IMG/VR virus record: IMGVR_UViG_2627853630_000004
Span: 1 to 64,000 of that record
Source: a virus
Lineage: Duplodnaviria > Caudoviricetes
Length of the DNA: 64,000 nucleotides
Strand: one strand, 5' to 3'
Position 1 is the first letter of the stretch. Every line of letters begins with the position of its first letter. A model generated the notes under the pieces. The model ran no database searches and was not told the DNA's origin. It worked only from the letters and a program-made list of their open reading frames with translations. The translations under genes were made by a program, and so were the position numbers. Shown piece after piece: positions 8,756 to 19,069 of this stretch.

Positions 8756-10719
8756 TAATTAGGCTCCGGTTGTTGCGTCAGTCGGGAGTTAACGCCATCC
8801 TGACTACCCGCGATCGCGTCGGCTGTTGCTTGCGCATCAGTCGAGCCGTAGACGGTGATATGGGTTTCCTGATTGATACTCGGCATACCGCTTCGCACTT
8901 TAGGGATATATTCGCGCGTCTCTCTCGGCATTAGAGCCATGCCGTGTTTTTGAACGTTACCGATCCCCCAGTTATATGAAGCCAGCGCCTTATCCAGATC
9001 TCCGCCGTTTGCCTGTAGCAACTGGCTGAGATATTTCGCTGCGGCGTTAGCAGACTTAACCGGGTCGAAAGCGTCATTACCACGCAGCCCCAAATCCCTT
9101 CCCGTTCCCGGCATTATTTGGAATAGCCCCTGCGCGCCGGCACTTGATATGGCGTTAGGATTACCCGCAGATTCAGTGGTGGCCACGCTACGCAGTAAAC
9201 CGGATGGCAGCTTGTAGAGGTTCTCCAACTGGTTAAATAATGGTGTCATCCATCCCAGCAGTTGAGCACCGGATTTTGTAGGTTGTGGACTTTTGCCGCC
9301 GCCCAGCCATTCGGGTAAAAATTCGTTCACCTTGTTATTCAGGTTGTGATATTTACCCAGTAACCATTCACGATGACGAACGGCCGCCGCATCGATCCCG
9401 GGCATTGCTGACGGGTTTTCGTCGCCCTGATTCAGCAGTTGTTTTCCGATGCTCGCGGCGTCAGACCAGCGCCCCTCATTTATCGCGTTGAGCAGGTCAC
9501 CGATGAGTTTCAGCATTTTCCCCAGCTCGCCGAGGTTATGAATCAGATTGCTGAATTCCCACTTGAGACTCCACTGTTTCGGGTCGATACCAAACAGTGC
9601 GCCGACTTCGAGCGCCAGCTCTTTAACGGCATCAATGGTGTCGTGAATACCATCGATCGCTGCGTTTATTTCAGGCTCCCATTTGGCCCAGTCGATAAGG
9701 CTCTGTCCACCCTCTTTCCATGTGGCGTAATCTTCAATCAGTGCGGCCAGCGCCACCACCAGCATAATGATTCGACCGATGGGTGACGCAGTGAATGCGC
9801 TATTCAGGACATACCATGCAGTCACCAGCGCGCCGAATAGTGCTATCAGTTGCCTGGTGCTGTCATCCAGTGACTTCCACCAGTCAACAATGGATCCCGC
9901 AGCCTGAACCAGCCGATAGACTACGCGCCCGACGATATCAGCCAGCCACAAAATGGATTTGATAACGGCCGTTATCCCCGCCTCAATTCGTGGGAAATTA
10001 TCGACGATGAGTTTACGGAAGTTATCGATAGAGCCCGCCAGACCGCTGGCGAGATTCGCGCCGATTTTGTCCCGCGCCATACCCGCCATCATGCCGAACG
10101 AGCTCAGCGAGGTCATAAACCGATTCGAGCTGGCTGCCGCCTGCTCTGCATTGAATCCGATCGCCTTGGCGGTGGCGGTATATTCCGCGCTGAACTGCCC
10201 CAGCCCGCGCCGCATTGCCATCAGTGTGTTTTCGTCAATGCCGAGCATCTGCGCATACTGATTAGCCCGGTAGTACGGCATGCTGTTCAGTCGCTGGCCT
10301 ACGCCCGTAAAAATACTGGCCATATCCCGCATCTGGCCGCTGGCGTCCCGCGTCTGCACACCGAGTCGGTTTAAAAATCCCTCGGCACCCGGACTGTTTC
10401 TGATGAACTGCGCCAGATTTTCGAGTGATGAGCGGGCGGCGTTGACGCTCCCGCCCATTTGCCCGACTGCATAGCCGATGCGCTGAATGCCCGCTACCGT
10501 CGCACCCGTGCGCTGGGATGCCCAATACAGATCATCCAGCCCGCTGGCTATTTTGGTGGTAAACGCAACAACAGACAGCGCTGCCGCCTGCACCGCCACC
10601 CCCAGCGTCACGACTTTTGCGGTCGCGCTGACAATCCCCGCCTCAAACTTGCGCTGTCCTGCCTCATCAACGTCAAAGCCCAGCGAGACGAGAAACGATT
10701 TGATAGCCTCAGCGTTCAT
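8755..10719 (-). CDS. tape measure protein with C-terminal lytic transglycosylase (SLT) domain
   Basis: Ala/Gly-rich helical body; ES.GNPNAISSAGAQGLFQIMP, ALASYNWG and ETREY SLT motifs. Confidence 0.9.
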   Translation of the reverse strand: MNAEAIKSFLVSLGFDVDEAGQRKFEAGIVSATAKVVTLGVAVQAAALSVVAFTTKIASGLDDLYWASQRTGATVAGIQRIGYAVGQMGGSVNAARSSLENLAQFIRNSPGAEGFLNRLGVQTRDASGQMRDMASIFTGVGQRLNSMPYYRANQYAQMLGIDENTLMAMRRGLGQFSAEYTATAKAIGFNAEQAAASSNRFMTSLSSFGMMAGMARDKIGANLASGLAGSIDNFRKLIVDNFPRIEAGITAVIKSILWLADIVGRVVYRLVQAAGSIVDWWKSLDDSTRQLIALFGALVTAWYVLNSAFTASPIGRIIMLVVALAALIEDYATWKEGGQSLIDWAKWEPEINAAIDGIHDTIDAVKELALEVGALFGIDPKQWSLKWEFSNLIHNLGELGKMLKLIGDLLNAINEGRWSDAASIGKQLLNQGDENPSAMPGIDAAAVRHREWLLGKYHNLNNKVNEFLPEWLGGGKSPQPTKSGAQLLGWMTPLFNQLENLYKLPSGLLRSVATTESAGNPNAISSAGAQGLFQIMPGTGRDLGLRGNDAFDPVKSANAAAKYLSQLLQANGGDLDKALASYNWGIGNVQKHGMALMPRETREYIPKVRSGMPSINQETHITVYGSTDAQATADAIAGSQDGVNSRLTQQPEPN

Positions 10720-10951
10720 TATCTTCTCTCCATTTCGCTATGCGGTATTCGTTGTCGGCCTTCATATCGAGGTAATCATTCATGCGCGCGATATCCGCCA
10801 GATCGACAGATCCGTCGTTCAGTGCCATATAAGGGATGTACCCAGCATCAACCGGGCGCATGATGTAGTCTTCGCCGTCAGGCAGCGTATCGAGGGTTAA
10901 GCCGCTGGCGGGGTGGGCGTCGCGCTGTCGGGGAGTTCGTGCAAAAAATTT
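10709..10951 (-). CDS. tail assembly chaperone frameshift extension (gpGT-like, -1 frame)
   Basis: Slippery A AAT TTT at 10951-10945; the -1 frame is open to the TGA at 10711-10709 (…TLDTLPDGEDYIMRPVDAG…KWREDNER*). Confidence 0.75.
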   Translation of the reverse strand, partial: KFFARTPRQRDAHPASGLTLDTLPDGEDYIMRPVDAGYIPYMALNDGSVDLADIARMNDYLDMKADNEYRIAKWREDNER

Positions 10952-11307
10952 CCGAGGGAGTCGGCGACCACCCGCGCCACCAGCGACAGCATGGTGAACA
11001 GATCGATATCGTCAAACATCAGCTCGCCGTGGCTGAACACCGGCGTCCAGGCTTTATCGTGCTTACGCGCCACGACAGCCAGGCACGGGTGAATAATCGC
11101 GTTAACATCGTCGTCCGGTAGCGCCGCAATCGCATCAGCAATCTGGGGGAGTGCCTGCGTAACGCCGTCTGCCTGTAGCGACTTCAAATCACCCGCGTTA
11201 GACAGCATGCCCGCCAGCATCGGCAGTAATTTTCGCGTTACCTTCAGTTGGTCAAAAACGCCCAGCTTTGACAGGCGGTAATCATGGCTTTTCAGTGTGA
11301 TTTCCAA
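10897..11307 (-). CDS. tail assembly chaperone (gpG-like)
   Basis: Lies between the tube and tape measure genes; slippery site near its 3' end. Confidence 0.82.
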   Translation of the reverse strand: MEITLKSHDYRLSKLGVFDQLKVTRKLLPMLAGMLSNAGDLKSLQADGVTQALPQIADAIAALPDDDVNAIIHPCLAVVARKHDKAWTPVFSHGELMFDDIDLFTMLSLVARVVADSLGNFLHELPDSATPTPPAA

Positions 11308-11748
11308 TTAAAACTCTCCCAGCAGTTGGTCGATTTTGCCGCAGTCAAACACCCACGACACCGTGTTGCCGATTTTTGCGTTAGCGTGATCCGGCTGTTT
11401 TTGGAACGCGACAGAGCGCGCAGTTGACGTGTCACCTGATGCCTTGTTTCGCACTACGATGACGTTATTGCCCCACGTCGCTGAAGACTGGCTCTGCGCG
11501 TTGTACATCAGGGACAGTTTTTTATTTACCGGGGAAGTTTTCAGCAACGTGACTGTGATGGTGCCGGATTTCCCCGCGTGCAGGCTGTGCATCACTTCGC
11601 CGTCAGCGCCAACAGTCATCGTGTTTTTTGCCTCGGTCATGACAACCGTGATCCCTTCCTCCGAGGCTGCCGAACCGTAACCGAGATCGACAATTCCGGT
11701 TGGGCCTGCAAGGGATGCGGTAACGTCCAAAAATGAATAGGTGCTCAT
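11308..11748 (-). CDS. tail tube protein (DUF3277-like)
   Basis: 146 aa after the sheath gene; MTVGADGEVMHSLHAGKSGTIT. Confidence 0.82.
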   Translation of the reverse strand: MSTYSFLDVTASLAGPTGIVDLGYGSAASEEGITVVMTEAKNTMTVGADGEVMHSLHAGKSGTITVTLLKTSPVNKKLSLMYNAQSQSSATWGNNVIVVRNKASGDTSTARSVAFQKQPDHANAKIGNTVSWVFDCGKIDQLLGEF

Positions 11749-11757
11749 TGATCCCCC

Positions 11758-12906
11758 TTAACGGACAACGTTGATTTGTACGTCAGCGTAATGCACAGCG
11801 CCGGCCAGCTTGCACGCAACCTGAATAACGGGCGCTTTACGGGCTTCGCGGTCTGCCTGTGCCTGCGCGGATATCGGCTGCGCATAGACGTAGTAGCCTT
11901 TTGTCAGCGTGTCACCGCTTGCCAACTGGCCTATCGGTCCACCATTCCACACACCGGGTGCAACTAAGCCATTCGTCACGCTCTGATCCATGGATTGTTC
12001 AACGTTCGCCAGCAGGCGTGTTACACCCGCATCGGTTTGAGGCACTTTGGTTGTGCTGGTGTACAGCACGTTGTAGAGGTTGGTCTGTACGTAGTTTTGT
12101 AGCCAGTCCAGTCCGTGGCGTTCGTCGAAGAAGTCGCCGTTTGCCATAACACCCTGCTGAAGAATTGCCGTATCGTTTTCGTAGTACACGTAAACGTTAC
12201 AGTTTTTCGCATCGACGGCGGCGGCCTGATTGATCTGCAGGGTTTCATACGTGACGCCGGGCTCCTGTTTGAATTTCAGCGTAATGGTGGTGTTGCTGCC
12301 ATTAAAATTCACGGTAAACGCCCGACCAAACGCAGACAGCGCCGCGTATTTGCTGCTGGTGGAATACTGCGTGAATGTGCGTGCGTACCCCGCCGCTTTC
12401 AGTTTTGATGCCAGATCGTCGGTACTGGTTGTACTCAGTGTTGCCGCCGCATCAGTAGTAACGGCAAAGATGCGACTGACGCGGGCCGACTCAATCGCCG
12501 CCGCCACCGCCAGTACATCGACATCCAGCAGATCCGCGCTGTCAGCCACCCCCAATCCGTACCAGTTAGTAAACTGAAGCGAGGCATTGACGGCCTGAAT
12601 CAGCGTTTCGACCGCTCCGGTTTCTCCGGCTGCGAGCGTTTTCGCCCAGCGCCCGATATACACCTGTGTCGGTTTCGGGGATTGTGAAAAGAACACCGTG
12701 GCGGCGGCGTATTCTGGCGAATCCACACCGAAATCATCGCCGATATCTTCAACGCCGGAATAAAGCCGCAGGCGCTCGGTGACGGGAATAACGGTTGATG
12801 TACCGAGAATCAGCAACGAGCCAAAGTTTCGGCCTGTCGCCGCCGTGGGCGACATGATGACATCAACGTTGACAACATTGGACAACGGTAAGCCCTGCTG
12901 TGCCAT
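11758..12906 (-). CDS. tail sheath protein (DUF3383-like)
   Basis: [31 protein letters not shown]. Confidence 0.85.
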   Translation of the reverse strand: MAQQGLPLSNVVNVDVIMSPTAATGRNFGSLLILGTSTVIPVTERLRLYSGVEDIGDDFGVDSPEYAAATVFFSQSPKPTQVYIGRWAKTLAAGETGAVETLIQAVNASLQFTNWYGLGVADSADLLDVDVLAVAAAIESARVSRIFAVTTDAAATLSTTSTDDLASKLKAAGYARTFTQYSTSSKYAALSAFGRAFTVNFNGSNTTITLKFKQEPGVTYETLQINQAAAVDAKNCNVYVYYENDTAILQQGVMANGDFFDERHGLDWLQNYVQTNLYNVLYTSTTKVPQTDAGVTRLLANVEQSMDQSVTNGLVAPGVWNGGPIGQLASGDTLTKGYYVYAQPISAQAQADREARKAPVIQVACKLAGAVHYADVQINVVR

Positions 12907-12909
12907 GAA

Positions 12910-13452
12910 TTAATCTCCAAAGAATACTGGCGCATCCACCAGCGTTTTGATGTTGTAAGTGCGCGTGTTTTTACGGGATAGCGTGACAGTGATGTCGTAG
13001 CGCCTCACCCACTGGTTGTTAATGAGCTCAGGCAGGTTATAGAGCGTCCCCGCCTCCACCAGCGACAGCCCGGTCAGGTTTAGCTCAGCGTTGTTCTGCT
13101 CAACGAAAATACCCGCGCGGAACGTGGCCGCCGTGCTGGCACCGAGAGGACCATAGAAGCAGCAGATAACCGTCACGGTTTCCCATGACCACTGCTCGGA
13201 CTGGTCTTCCGAAACCTGAACGTCTGACTGGCTAAGCGGCTGCGGCACAGTGGTGATACCGAATCCGCACCATGTCACGCCGTTTTTCGGGATTTGTGGC
13301 TGCGGGTCTGTCCAGCGCGGAAAAACCTGCGCGGCAGGCAGGCCAGACACGCCACGGATCCATCGACTGATTTCCCGCTCAAGCTCTTCGTCATAAGCAG
13401 GCGTATCCCCGACCGGGCTAAGATAGCCACGCGATGTGCTGTCATTGCTCAA
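12910..13452 (-). CDS. neck/tail terminator protein
   Basis: Synteny upstream of the sheath; likely TTG start. Confidence 0.65.
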   Translation of the reverse strand: MSNDSTSRGYLSPVGDTPAYDEELEREISRWIRGVSGLPAAQVFPRWTDPQPQIPKNGVTWCGFGITTVPQPLSQSDVQVSEDQSEQWSWETVTVICCFYGPLGASTAATFRAGIFVEQNNAELNLTGLSLVEAGTLYNLPELINNQWVRRYDITVTLSRKNTRTYNIKTLVDAPVFFGD

Positions 13453-13849
13453 CGGGTATCCCTCCGTCAAAATCCATTAACTCGCAGTGCGCCTGAACAA
13501 ATCCCGCGCCATAGCTCGTATACGGATCGACAAACGTCACGCGATATCGGCGGCCGTTATAGGTCACCACATCAGCATCCAGCCGCGGCGTGGTATCTGA
13601 TGGCGGCTGTCCCTGCGTCAGTCGGAATTGCGTCACGATGAGAATAGCCCCCCTGATGTTCTGTCCGGCAGCCATGCGCCGTGCCTCGAGTGAGCGATCG
13701 ACGGTCACCACGCCAGAAAATGGAATGTCTTGCGGCGTGTTGGTTGGGAAGTTGTCATCGTCCACTGTCTGCACCTGCCGATGACAAATCAGCGAGAAAT
13801 CAGCAAAATCGGGATCGAGCAGTATTTCGGAAACATCGAGCAGCGGCAT
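13442..13849 (-). CDS. head-tail adaptor/closure protein
   Basis: LLDPDF N-terminus, ADVVTYNGRRYRV; synteny. Confidence 0.65.
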   Translation of the reverse strand: MPLLDVSEILLDPDFADFSLICHRQVQTVDDDNFPTNTPQDIPFSGVVTVDRSLEARRMAAGQNIRGAILIVTQFRLTQGQPPSDTTPRLDADVVTYNGRRYRVTFVDPYTSYGAGFVQAHCELMDFDGGIPVEQ

Positions 13850-13851
13850 GA

Positions 13852-14352
13852 TTATTTCCTCACAACATAGGTGATAGAGCGCAACAGGTAGCCGTGTGCG
13901 TATAGCGGCTTTTCACCCAGCAACCCGTTAGCCCGTCGTTTTTCTCGTGTTTTTTCGGAAAGCGGCGCGAGTCGGTCACCATCACTGATCACCTTTTTCG
14001 CGCCGTCAGAGGCGATAATCCCAGCACGTTCGAGTTCACGCTCAGCGCCAGCGGCGTTCCCCTCCAGTGCCAGTTCTGCGGCAGCTTTTAGGTGTGCTGT
14101 GGTGCGCTCACGTGTATCTTCAATACCGATATCCAGAAAGGGGCGCGGCGGTAACGTGACGACAGCACCGTCGATCTCAATCGTTGCACCAGTTGATTGC
14201 AGATAACCGATCTCGGCGTTGTTCAACTGACCGTCATCACGCGACGCATTGCCCTCGGGTATCCCCACCAGCACATCCATCCCGGAAAGGCGCGTCAGGG
14301 CATCGATAATTGAGTCAGCGTTATCCGCCGTTACCGTCACGCCACTTTTCAT
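13852..14352 (-). CDS. neck/tail completion protein
   Basis: LPPRPFL and APLSEKT..KR...KPL motifs; synteny. Confidence 0.62.
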   Translation of the reverse strand: MKSGVTVTADNADSIIDALTRLSGMDVLVGIPEGNASRDDGQLNNAEIGYLQSTGATIEIDGAVVTLPPRPFLDIGIEDTRERTTAHLKAAAELALEGNAAGAERELERAGIIASDGAKKVISDGDRLAPLSEKTREKRRANGLLGEKPLYAHGYLLRSITYVVRK

Positions 14353-14768
14353 TGCGGCGTACCTAACTGGACACCACCAGCCCCGAATACCATCAGGTAT
14401 TCCCAGAACTCAGAGCCGTAACGAGAGTTGTTCCAGAATCCCGCATTCGGATCTAGCGTCGCGCTGGCGTCGTAGCTAACCGACACCTTGTCCACTGACT
14501 TTGACGTCTGTATGCCGCTATTTGCGCCACCAGCGGTACCCACGACAACACCTCGCATATCAGCGGCGTAAAGGTACATGTAGTGCGCGACATACAGCCC
14601 AACGAGGTAGGGGAAAAAATCCTCGCCAAAGCGCGACTCACTAAAAAGGACGTCAGCGATAGTAAGACGTGCCTGAATCATTGCGGTCGGGTACTTTGTT
14701 TCGTCAGCGAACTGGGGAAAGGTTTCACGGAACTGGGCAACGGTCGGCAAACTGTTATTTTTTGCCAT
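14349..14768 (-). CDS. head-tail connector (DUF4054-like)
   Basis: [32 protein letters not shown]. Confidence 0.75.
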   Translation of the reverse strand: MAKNNSLPTVAQFRETFPQFADETKYPTAMIQARLTIADVLFSESRFGEDFFPYLVGLYVAHYMYLYAADMRGVVVGTAGGANSGIQTSKSVDKVSVSYDASATLDPNAGFWNNSRYGSEFWEYLMVFGAGGVQLGTPQ

Positions 14769-15090
14769 TCCCCGCCACCTTAGAAAGCTCTTCGACTTTT
14801 GCGGTCAGGGTTGCAACCTGTCCCTCAAGCTCTGCAATGCGTGTGTCTTTTTCCGCTGCGTCCGCCACCGACACCTGCAAGTCAGCATCTTTCTGCGAAA
14901 GCAACGCCTCAAGCTCTGCAATGCGTGGGTCATTTGCCACTGCTGGTGCTTCACCATCAGGCGAGCAATGCGCTTTCACAAACCAGTGCTCGGCTACTGC
15001 GTCGTCCACATCGTGGAAACCAGCAGCGAAAGGAGTAATTTTCGCGCCATCGTTGAAGTTGAACGCCGTCAATACATAGATTTTCTTCAT
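14755..15090 (-). CDS. STY1053-like phage protein with coiled-coil tail
   Basis: [10 protein letters not shown] motif; internal RIAELE duplication. Confidence 0.6.
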   Translation of the reverse strand: MKKIYVLTAFNFNDGAKITPFAAGFHDVDDAVAEHWFVKAHCSPDGEAPAVANDPRIAELEALLSQKDADLQVSVADAAEKDTRIAELEGQVATLTAKVEELSKVAGNGKK

Positions 15091-15136
15091 CGGTATTCCT
15101 TAGAAAAAAGCCCCTGTGAAAGGGGCTGTATCTGGA

Positions 15137-16078
15137 TTAAATGCCATCCATGTAGTTCAGGGTTTCCGGGTAAACTGGCTCAACTGCCCCCAGCTTGCCG
15201 TAGTAGGTCACCAGCTGATACAGGCCGCGATACTGAATCGGCACGCTTTGCAACGGCACCATCGGGAACCGTACAAACTTCTTATCGTTGGTGTAGGCCG
15301 CCATGCGATCGGTACCACCGACACCGCGACCCTTCACCCATTTAACCGGACGAATATTCAGTGGCTTGCCGTTCTGGTGATAGGCGATGGTGTTCGTCTC
15401 CAGATAGGTCAGCAGAGACTGGTTACCGGCACTGGAAACAATCGTGCTCGCAAGGAACGAGTATTGCTCAGGCGGAATTAGCAAATCCTCTGGCACTTTG
15501 GAATACGCTGAACGGGCCCACGCGTTACTCAGCACCTGGTTGATGCTGGCGCGGATTTCGTCGGCGGTTGAGGTTGCCCACGGTTTGATAGCATTGGTTG
15601 GCGTCACCTGAAGCAGGTTAAGCAACCCTTTGGCACCTTTCGCAGCGTCACCGATATAAACCTGCTCGTCGGTGTCCATGTTCCATTTCAGCTGCATGCC
15701 ATCGTATTTTTGGGTATCAATGGGGCGTCCAACCTGCGCGGCAGCTTTCAGTTCGATAATTGTCCAGCCAAGCTCCATACCCCACAATTCGAGCGGAAAC
15801 CCTTTTTTCTCAATATCAACATTGATACCAGCAATGGCTGTGGCCAGTGGGCTGATCCAGTTTTTACCATTGGCGTTAGGTGTACCCGCAGCAGCAAAGG
15901 TGGTGTTGGTGAAAGAGCTGATTTCGTCAGCGATAGACACGTCTTCGCGTAACTGAATGTCGCGGCTCCACGTCTGGGACGTCAGCGGAAGGTTCAGATT
16001 CTGGTCGAGGCGTTCCAACTCATGAACAAGAAAGGCACCAGAACTATCAATGGTGGCCTGGTCAAATGTCATTGGCAT
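15137..16078 (-). CDS. major capsid protein (DUF2184-like)
   Basis: 313 aa, GAFLVHELERLD...YMDGI; followed by a terminator at 15104-15128. Confidence 0.87.
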   Translation of the reverse strand: MPMTFDQATIDSSGAFLVHELERLDQNLNLPLTSQTWSRDIQLREDVSIADEISSFTNTTFAAAGTPNANGKNWISPLATAIAGINVDIEKKGFPLELWGMELGWTIIELKAAAQVGRPIDTQKYDGMQLKWNMDTDEQVYIGDAAKGAKGLLNLLQVTPTNAIKPWATSTADEIRASINQVLSNAWARSAYSKVPEDLLIPPEQYSFLASTIVSSAGNQSLLTYLETNTIAYHQNGKPLNIRPVKWVKGRGVGGTDRMAAYTNDKKFVRFPMVPLQSVPIQYRGLYQLVTYYGKLGAVEPVYPETLNYMDGI

Positions 16079-16089
16079 TTGCGATTTCC

Positions 16090-16584
16090 TTAAATATTAA
16101 AGGCGAGTTCAATGTTGCCGTTGGTATCGCCGGGGCCATTGAAGTAAGCGTTAGTGATTTGCACCGTATTGGTTCCGTCAGCAGCAGCGAGGAACGCCCC
16201 CAGCGGGCTGGATGCAGTCGGTGTGTCCACGCGCATATAGACTGCGCCGCCAAGCGTCACCGCGCTGGCGTCAGCACCGAGATTTACTGTCACGTAGCCA
16301 CGCTTCATGCAGTCGCCCGCAAAGTTATAACCGCTACCAATCTGGCGCACCTTGTCAGGCTGGGAAGCTGTTGGGTACGGGCGAACATAGATGCCCACCA
16401 CGACGGTAGCAGCATCAGCCGCCTCAATCGGCACAAACTTACCTGCCGAAAACTTCCCGGCAAGGCCGTACGCGGCGAATACCTTCGTGCTGTCCAGTGT
16501 CTGAGGCTCGACCGTCAGATCCTGCGGGCGAGAGATCGCCCCGGCGATGCCCGCAGGCATCCGGTAAAGAAAAGTGTTATCCAT
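16090..16584 (-). CDS. capsid cement/decoration protein
   Basis: YRMPAGIAGAISR; lies between the protease/scaffold and capsid genes. Confidence 0.75.
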   Translation of the reverse strand: MDNTFLYRMPAGIAGAISRPQDLTVEPQTLDSTKVFAAYGLAGKFSAGKFVPIEAADAATVVVGIYVRPYPTASQPDKVRQIGSGYNFAGDCMKRGYVTVNLGADASAVTLGGAVYMRVDTPTASSPLGAFLAAADGTNTVQITNAYFNGPGDTNGNIELAFNI

Positions 16585-16595
16585 TGAATGCCTCG

Positions 16596-17801
16596 TTAGC
16601 GTTTGGCCCAGATTTCCTTCGCGGCAGCGTTAATTTCCGCGATGGTTCTAGTGGTGCTGGAGTTGATGTTTCGAAATCCATCAACGGTTTTGGCTGCGGT
16701 GTTACGGTTTTTAGCAACCTCAGAAATGGCGGTAAACGCCATATCAATCGTGGCTTTTTTCAGCTTGCTGATATCAGCATCACCGACGATGGAGCGCACC
16801 AGAGACTGATCGGCAGACGCGAGAACCTGACGTTTAAACGCTGTCGGTTTCGCTTTCTCTGGCAACTGGATGCCGGGTTGAATGAGGTCAGCGCGGTAAG
16901 CGGCATCGCCAGTCACCTTGCCTTCTTCCTCTTTCTTCTCCTCTTCATCTTCATCATCAGTGCCAGCAGACGCTGCGGCGGCTGGGGTAAGTTTGGCGAT
17001 CGCTTCAATCAACGCTTTACCCCAGGCTGGGATTTCTTCCTCCGCATCACCAGTGCCGGGCAATGCCGGACCAGGAAGCGGATTTTGCGGGGCAAGGTTA
17101 ATGACCACACCGCCAGGCGTCATGGTGGATGTCACGTCGTCATCCCCGGTCACGGTGCCAGGCGGGTTATCGATAAGGCTCGCCATTTCAGCGGCATCCC
17201 CGGTTTTTCGGGCTTTAAGAAGCCGGGTAAACCAGTTTTTAGTAGTGCTTGGCATAGAATCTCCTACTGCACAACGGAAACCAGCCCGCCCGTTAGGGAC
17301 AAGGGCCAGATGATTAGCGGTAATCGCAGATTGGTTAGCGAGACCGGGTGAAATTTGTTCGTAGTCGGCGTCATATCCGCAACTGACCTCGTCTTCGCCA
17401 TCGTCGATGGCTTGTAACGCCTCAGGTGTTTTAACGATGACGTCAGCCAGTAGCAGATCGGAATCGGTGCCAGTCCCACGCCGCACGTTCTGAATGTGCC
17501 CGTGTGCAAGCTGACGCCAGTTATCTGGTGTGACAAAGATGATTTGGCCGTTAAAGTCGCGGGGGTGGCCGATGGTGACAGCCATCCCCTCGAATGACGC
17601 CATGGCGCGCTCGCTGAATACCTCTTCCGGAGTTCGACGAACGATGACCTTACCTTTGTCATTCGGGACGAGTTCCGGTCGCTCGGTGGCGTCATACTCC
17701 TGCTCACCAGTTCTTGCGATCGGTACGTCTTTAAACAGGACGGAACCGTCAGCAAGTTGATAGCGGGTGTTACCCAGACGGGTTTTAAAGAAATATTTCA
17801 T
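16596..17801 (-). CDS. prohead protease/scaffold (DUF2213-like)
   Basis: [33 protein letters not shown]; acidic scaffold-like C-terminal half. Confidence 0.85.
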   Translation of the reverse strand: MKYFFKTRLGNTRYQLADGSVLFKDVPIARTGEQEYDATERPELVPNDKGKVIVRRTPEEVFSERAMASFEGMAVTIGHPRDFNGQIIFVTPDNWRQLAHGHIQNVRRGTGTDSDLLLADVIVKTPEALQAIDDGEDEVSCGYDADYEQISPGLANQSAITANHLALVPNGRAGFRCAVGDSMPSTTKNWFTRLLKARKTGDAAEMASLIDNPPGTVTGDDDVTSTMTPGGVVINLAPQNPLPGPALPGTGDAEEEIPAWGKALIEAIAKLTPAAAASAGTDDEDEEEKKEEEGKVTGDAAYRADLIQPGIQLPEKAKPTAFKRQVLASADQSLVRSIVGDADISKLKKATIDMAFTAISEVAKNRNTAAKTVDGFRNINSSTTRTIAEINAAAKEIWAKR

Positions 17802-17857
17802 GAGTTACCTGCTGAATTGCGGGTATAAAAAAGGCCGCGATTAGCGGCCTTGTGGGG

Positions 17858-18289
17858 TTATTTACTCAATCTGTCTTTTAATGCTTTAGCGGACTCTAAT
17901 CCTCTCTCGGCATTTTCTAATTCATATCTCGCCTGCTTCACTCTGAGTGCGTCGCTATTGGGATTATTACCACGCCCACCCCAGTCTGGATGGGAAATAC
18001 GAGTCCATGCATCCCGAGCCCGACTTAAACGAAGTTCAGCTGCCTCTACGTCACTGGCCCCATCTAGCCAATCTTGATAGTAAGCAGATGCGGTTTCATT
18101 ATCCTCCAGTAGCTTAATTACGTCTGATTTTTTGGTTTTCCCTGATGGCAGGCTGTAATAGCACCACTCATGTTTCCCAGTCGGCCTGAAGTACCATGAA
18201 AAAATCCACTGCCCATCCAGATTGAAGCGGTCATGACTGAACTCAAATCCATTCAACTGATGTACTTTCTGCATCATTTTCGAATCCAT
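17858..18289 (-). CDS. hypothetical protein (moron in the head operon)
   Basis: 143-aa ORF with lower GC and its own terminator at 17826-17850. Confidence 0.6.
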   Translation of the reverse strand: MDSKMMQKVHQLNGFEFSHDRFNLDGQWIFSWYFRPTGKHEWCYYSLPSGKTKKSDVIKLLEDNETASAYYQDWLDGASDVEAAELRLSRARDAWTRISHPDWGGRGNNPNSDALRVKQARYELENAERGLESAKALKDRLSK

Positions 18290-18316
18290 CCCAAGTTGAT
18301 GATCACTTATTATGGA

Positions 18317-19069
18317 TCATTTCCTCGGCTCCGGTATGTGTACCTCTGACCAACATTCGCAGTTAGGCAGGCATCCGGCATGCCCGGTCATACCGTCAAG
18401 CGTTGGCGGGTTATCCCATCGCACAAACACATTTTTCATCTTTCTGTGTGATGGGCGAGTTCCAGCGCCCTCAATGCGCCACCAATACCCCTCTGAACCG
18501 ACAGCCAACGCTCGCGCCTGTGTCAGTGCGCCAGTGGCGCGGCCAATCTCAGTACGAGCTATCATTCGGGCGCGTCCGGCAGCCACATCACCCGACTGCA
18601 TGATCATCTCGTACAGCGCATCGGGACGTTCGCCACGAATAACCGCCTCTATGGCTCGCTCCTGTATCTCAGATACACGGCTTGCCGCCTCCAGCGGTAG
18701 CGACTTCATGTACTGAATCTGGCGTGCCACGATATCCCGCGCAACAGCGCCAACGGGGGTATTTCCCACAACGTCGCGCAACCCGATGGATATTTCTTCC
18801 GATACCGATCGCCACTGATTCCATTCTTCCTGCTCAACCTGAGCGAACATTTTCATGCCAACCATTTCCGCCCAGTCACCGATCACGTCCGAATAATCCA
18901 CCAGCGTGTTAGCTATCGAATCAGCGCTATTTTGAGAGCCATCGTAGGAACCAGCCACGATCGCGCCGATTTGCTGCGCTATCGCCTGTAGGCTTTTCAG
19001 GTACTGGCGCTCCGATTTGCGGCGGAGGCCCGGCTTCAAGTTCAGACTCCTCCCACTCTTTGGCCGCAT
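18317..19069 (-). CDS. minor head/head morphogenesis protein (Mu gpF/SPP1 gp7-like); exact start uncertain
   Basis: RARMIARTE, TRPSH, HAGCLPNCEC. Confidence 0.82.
   Translation of the reverse strand: MRPKSGRSLNLKPGLRRKSERQYLKSLQAIAQQIGAIVAGSYDGSQNSADSIANTLVDYSDVIGDWAEMVGMKMFAQVEQEEWNQWRSVSEEISIGLRDVVGNTPVGAVARDIVARQIQYMKSLPLEAASRVSEIQERAIEAVIRGERPDALYEMIMQSGDVAAGRARMIARTEIGRATGALTQARALAVGSEGYWWRIEGAGTRPSHRKMKNVFVRWDNPPTLDGMTGHAGCLPNCECWSEVHIPEPRK

Noticed and set aside
14823-14927. 21-bp direct repeat (14823-14843, 14907-14927)
   Set aside because: Explained as an in-frame coiled-coil (RIAELE) duplication within a CDS.
16497-17351. Long plus-strand ORF (284 aa) and many similar shadow ORFs in the track
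   Set aside because: Antisense to well-supported phage genes, with no RBS or recognisable motifs.
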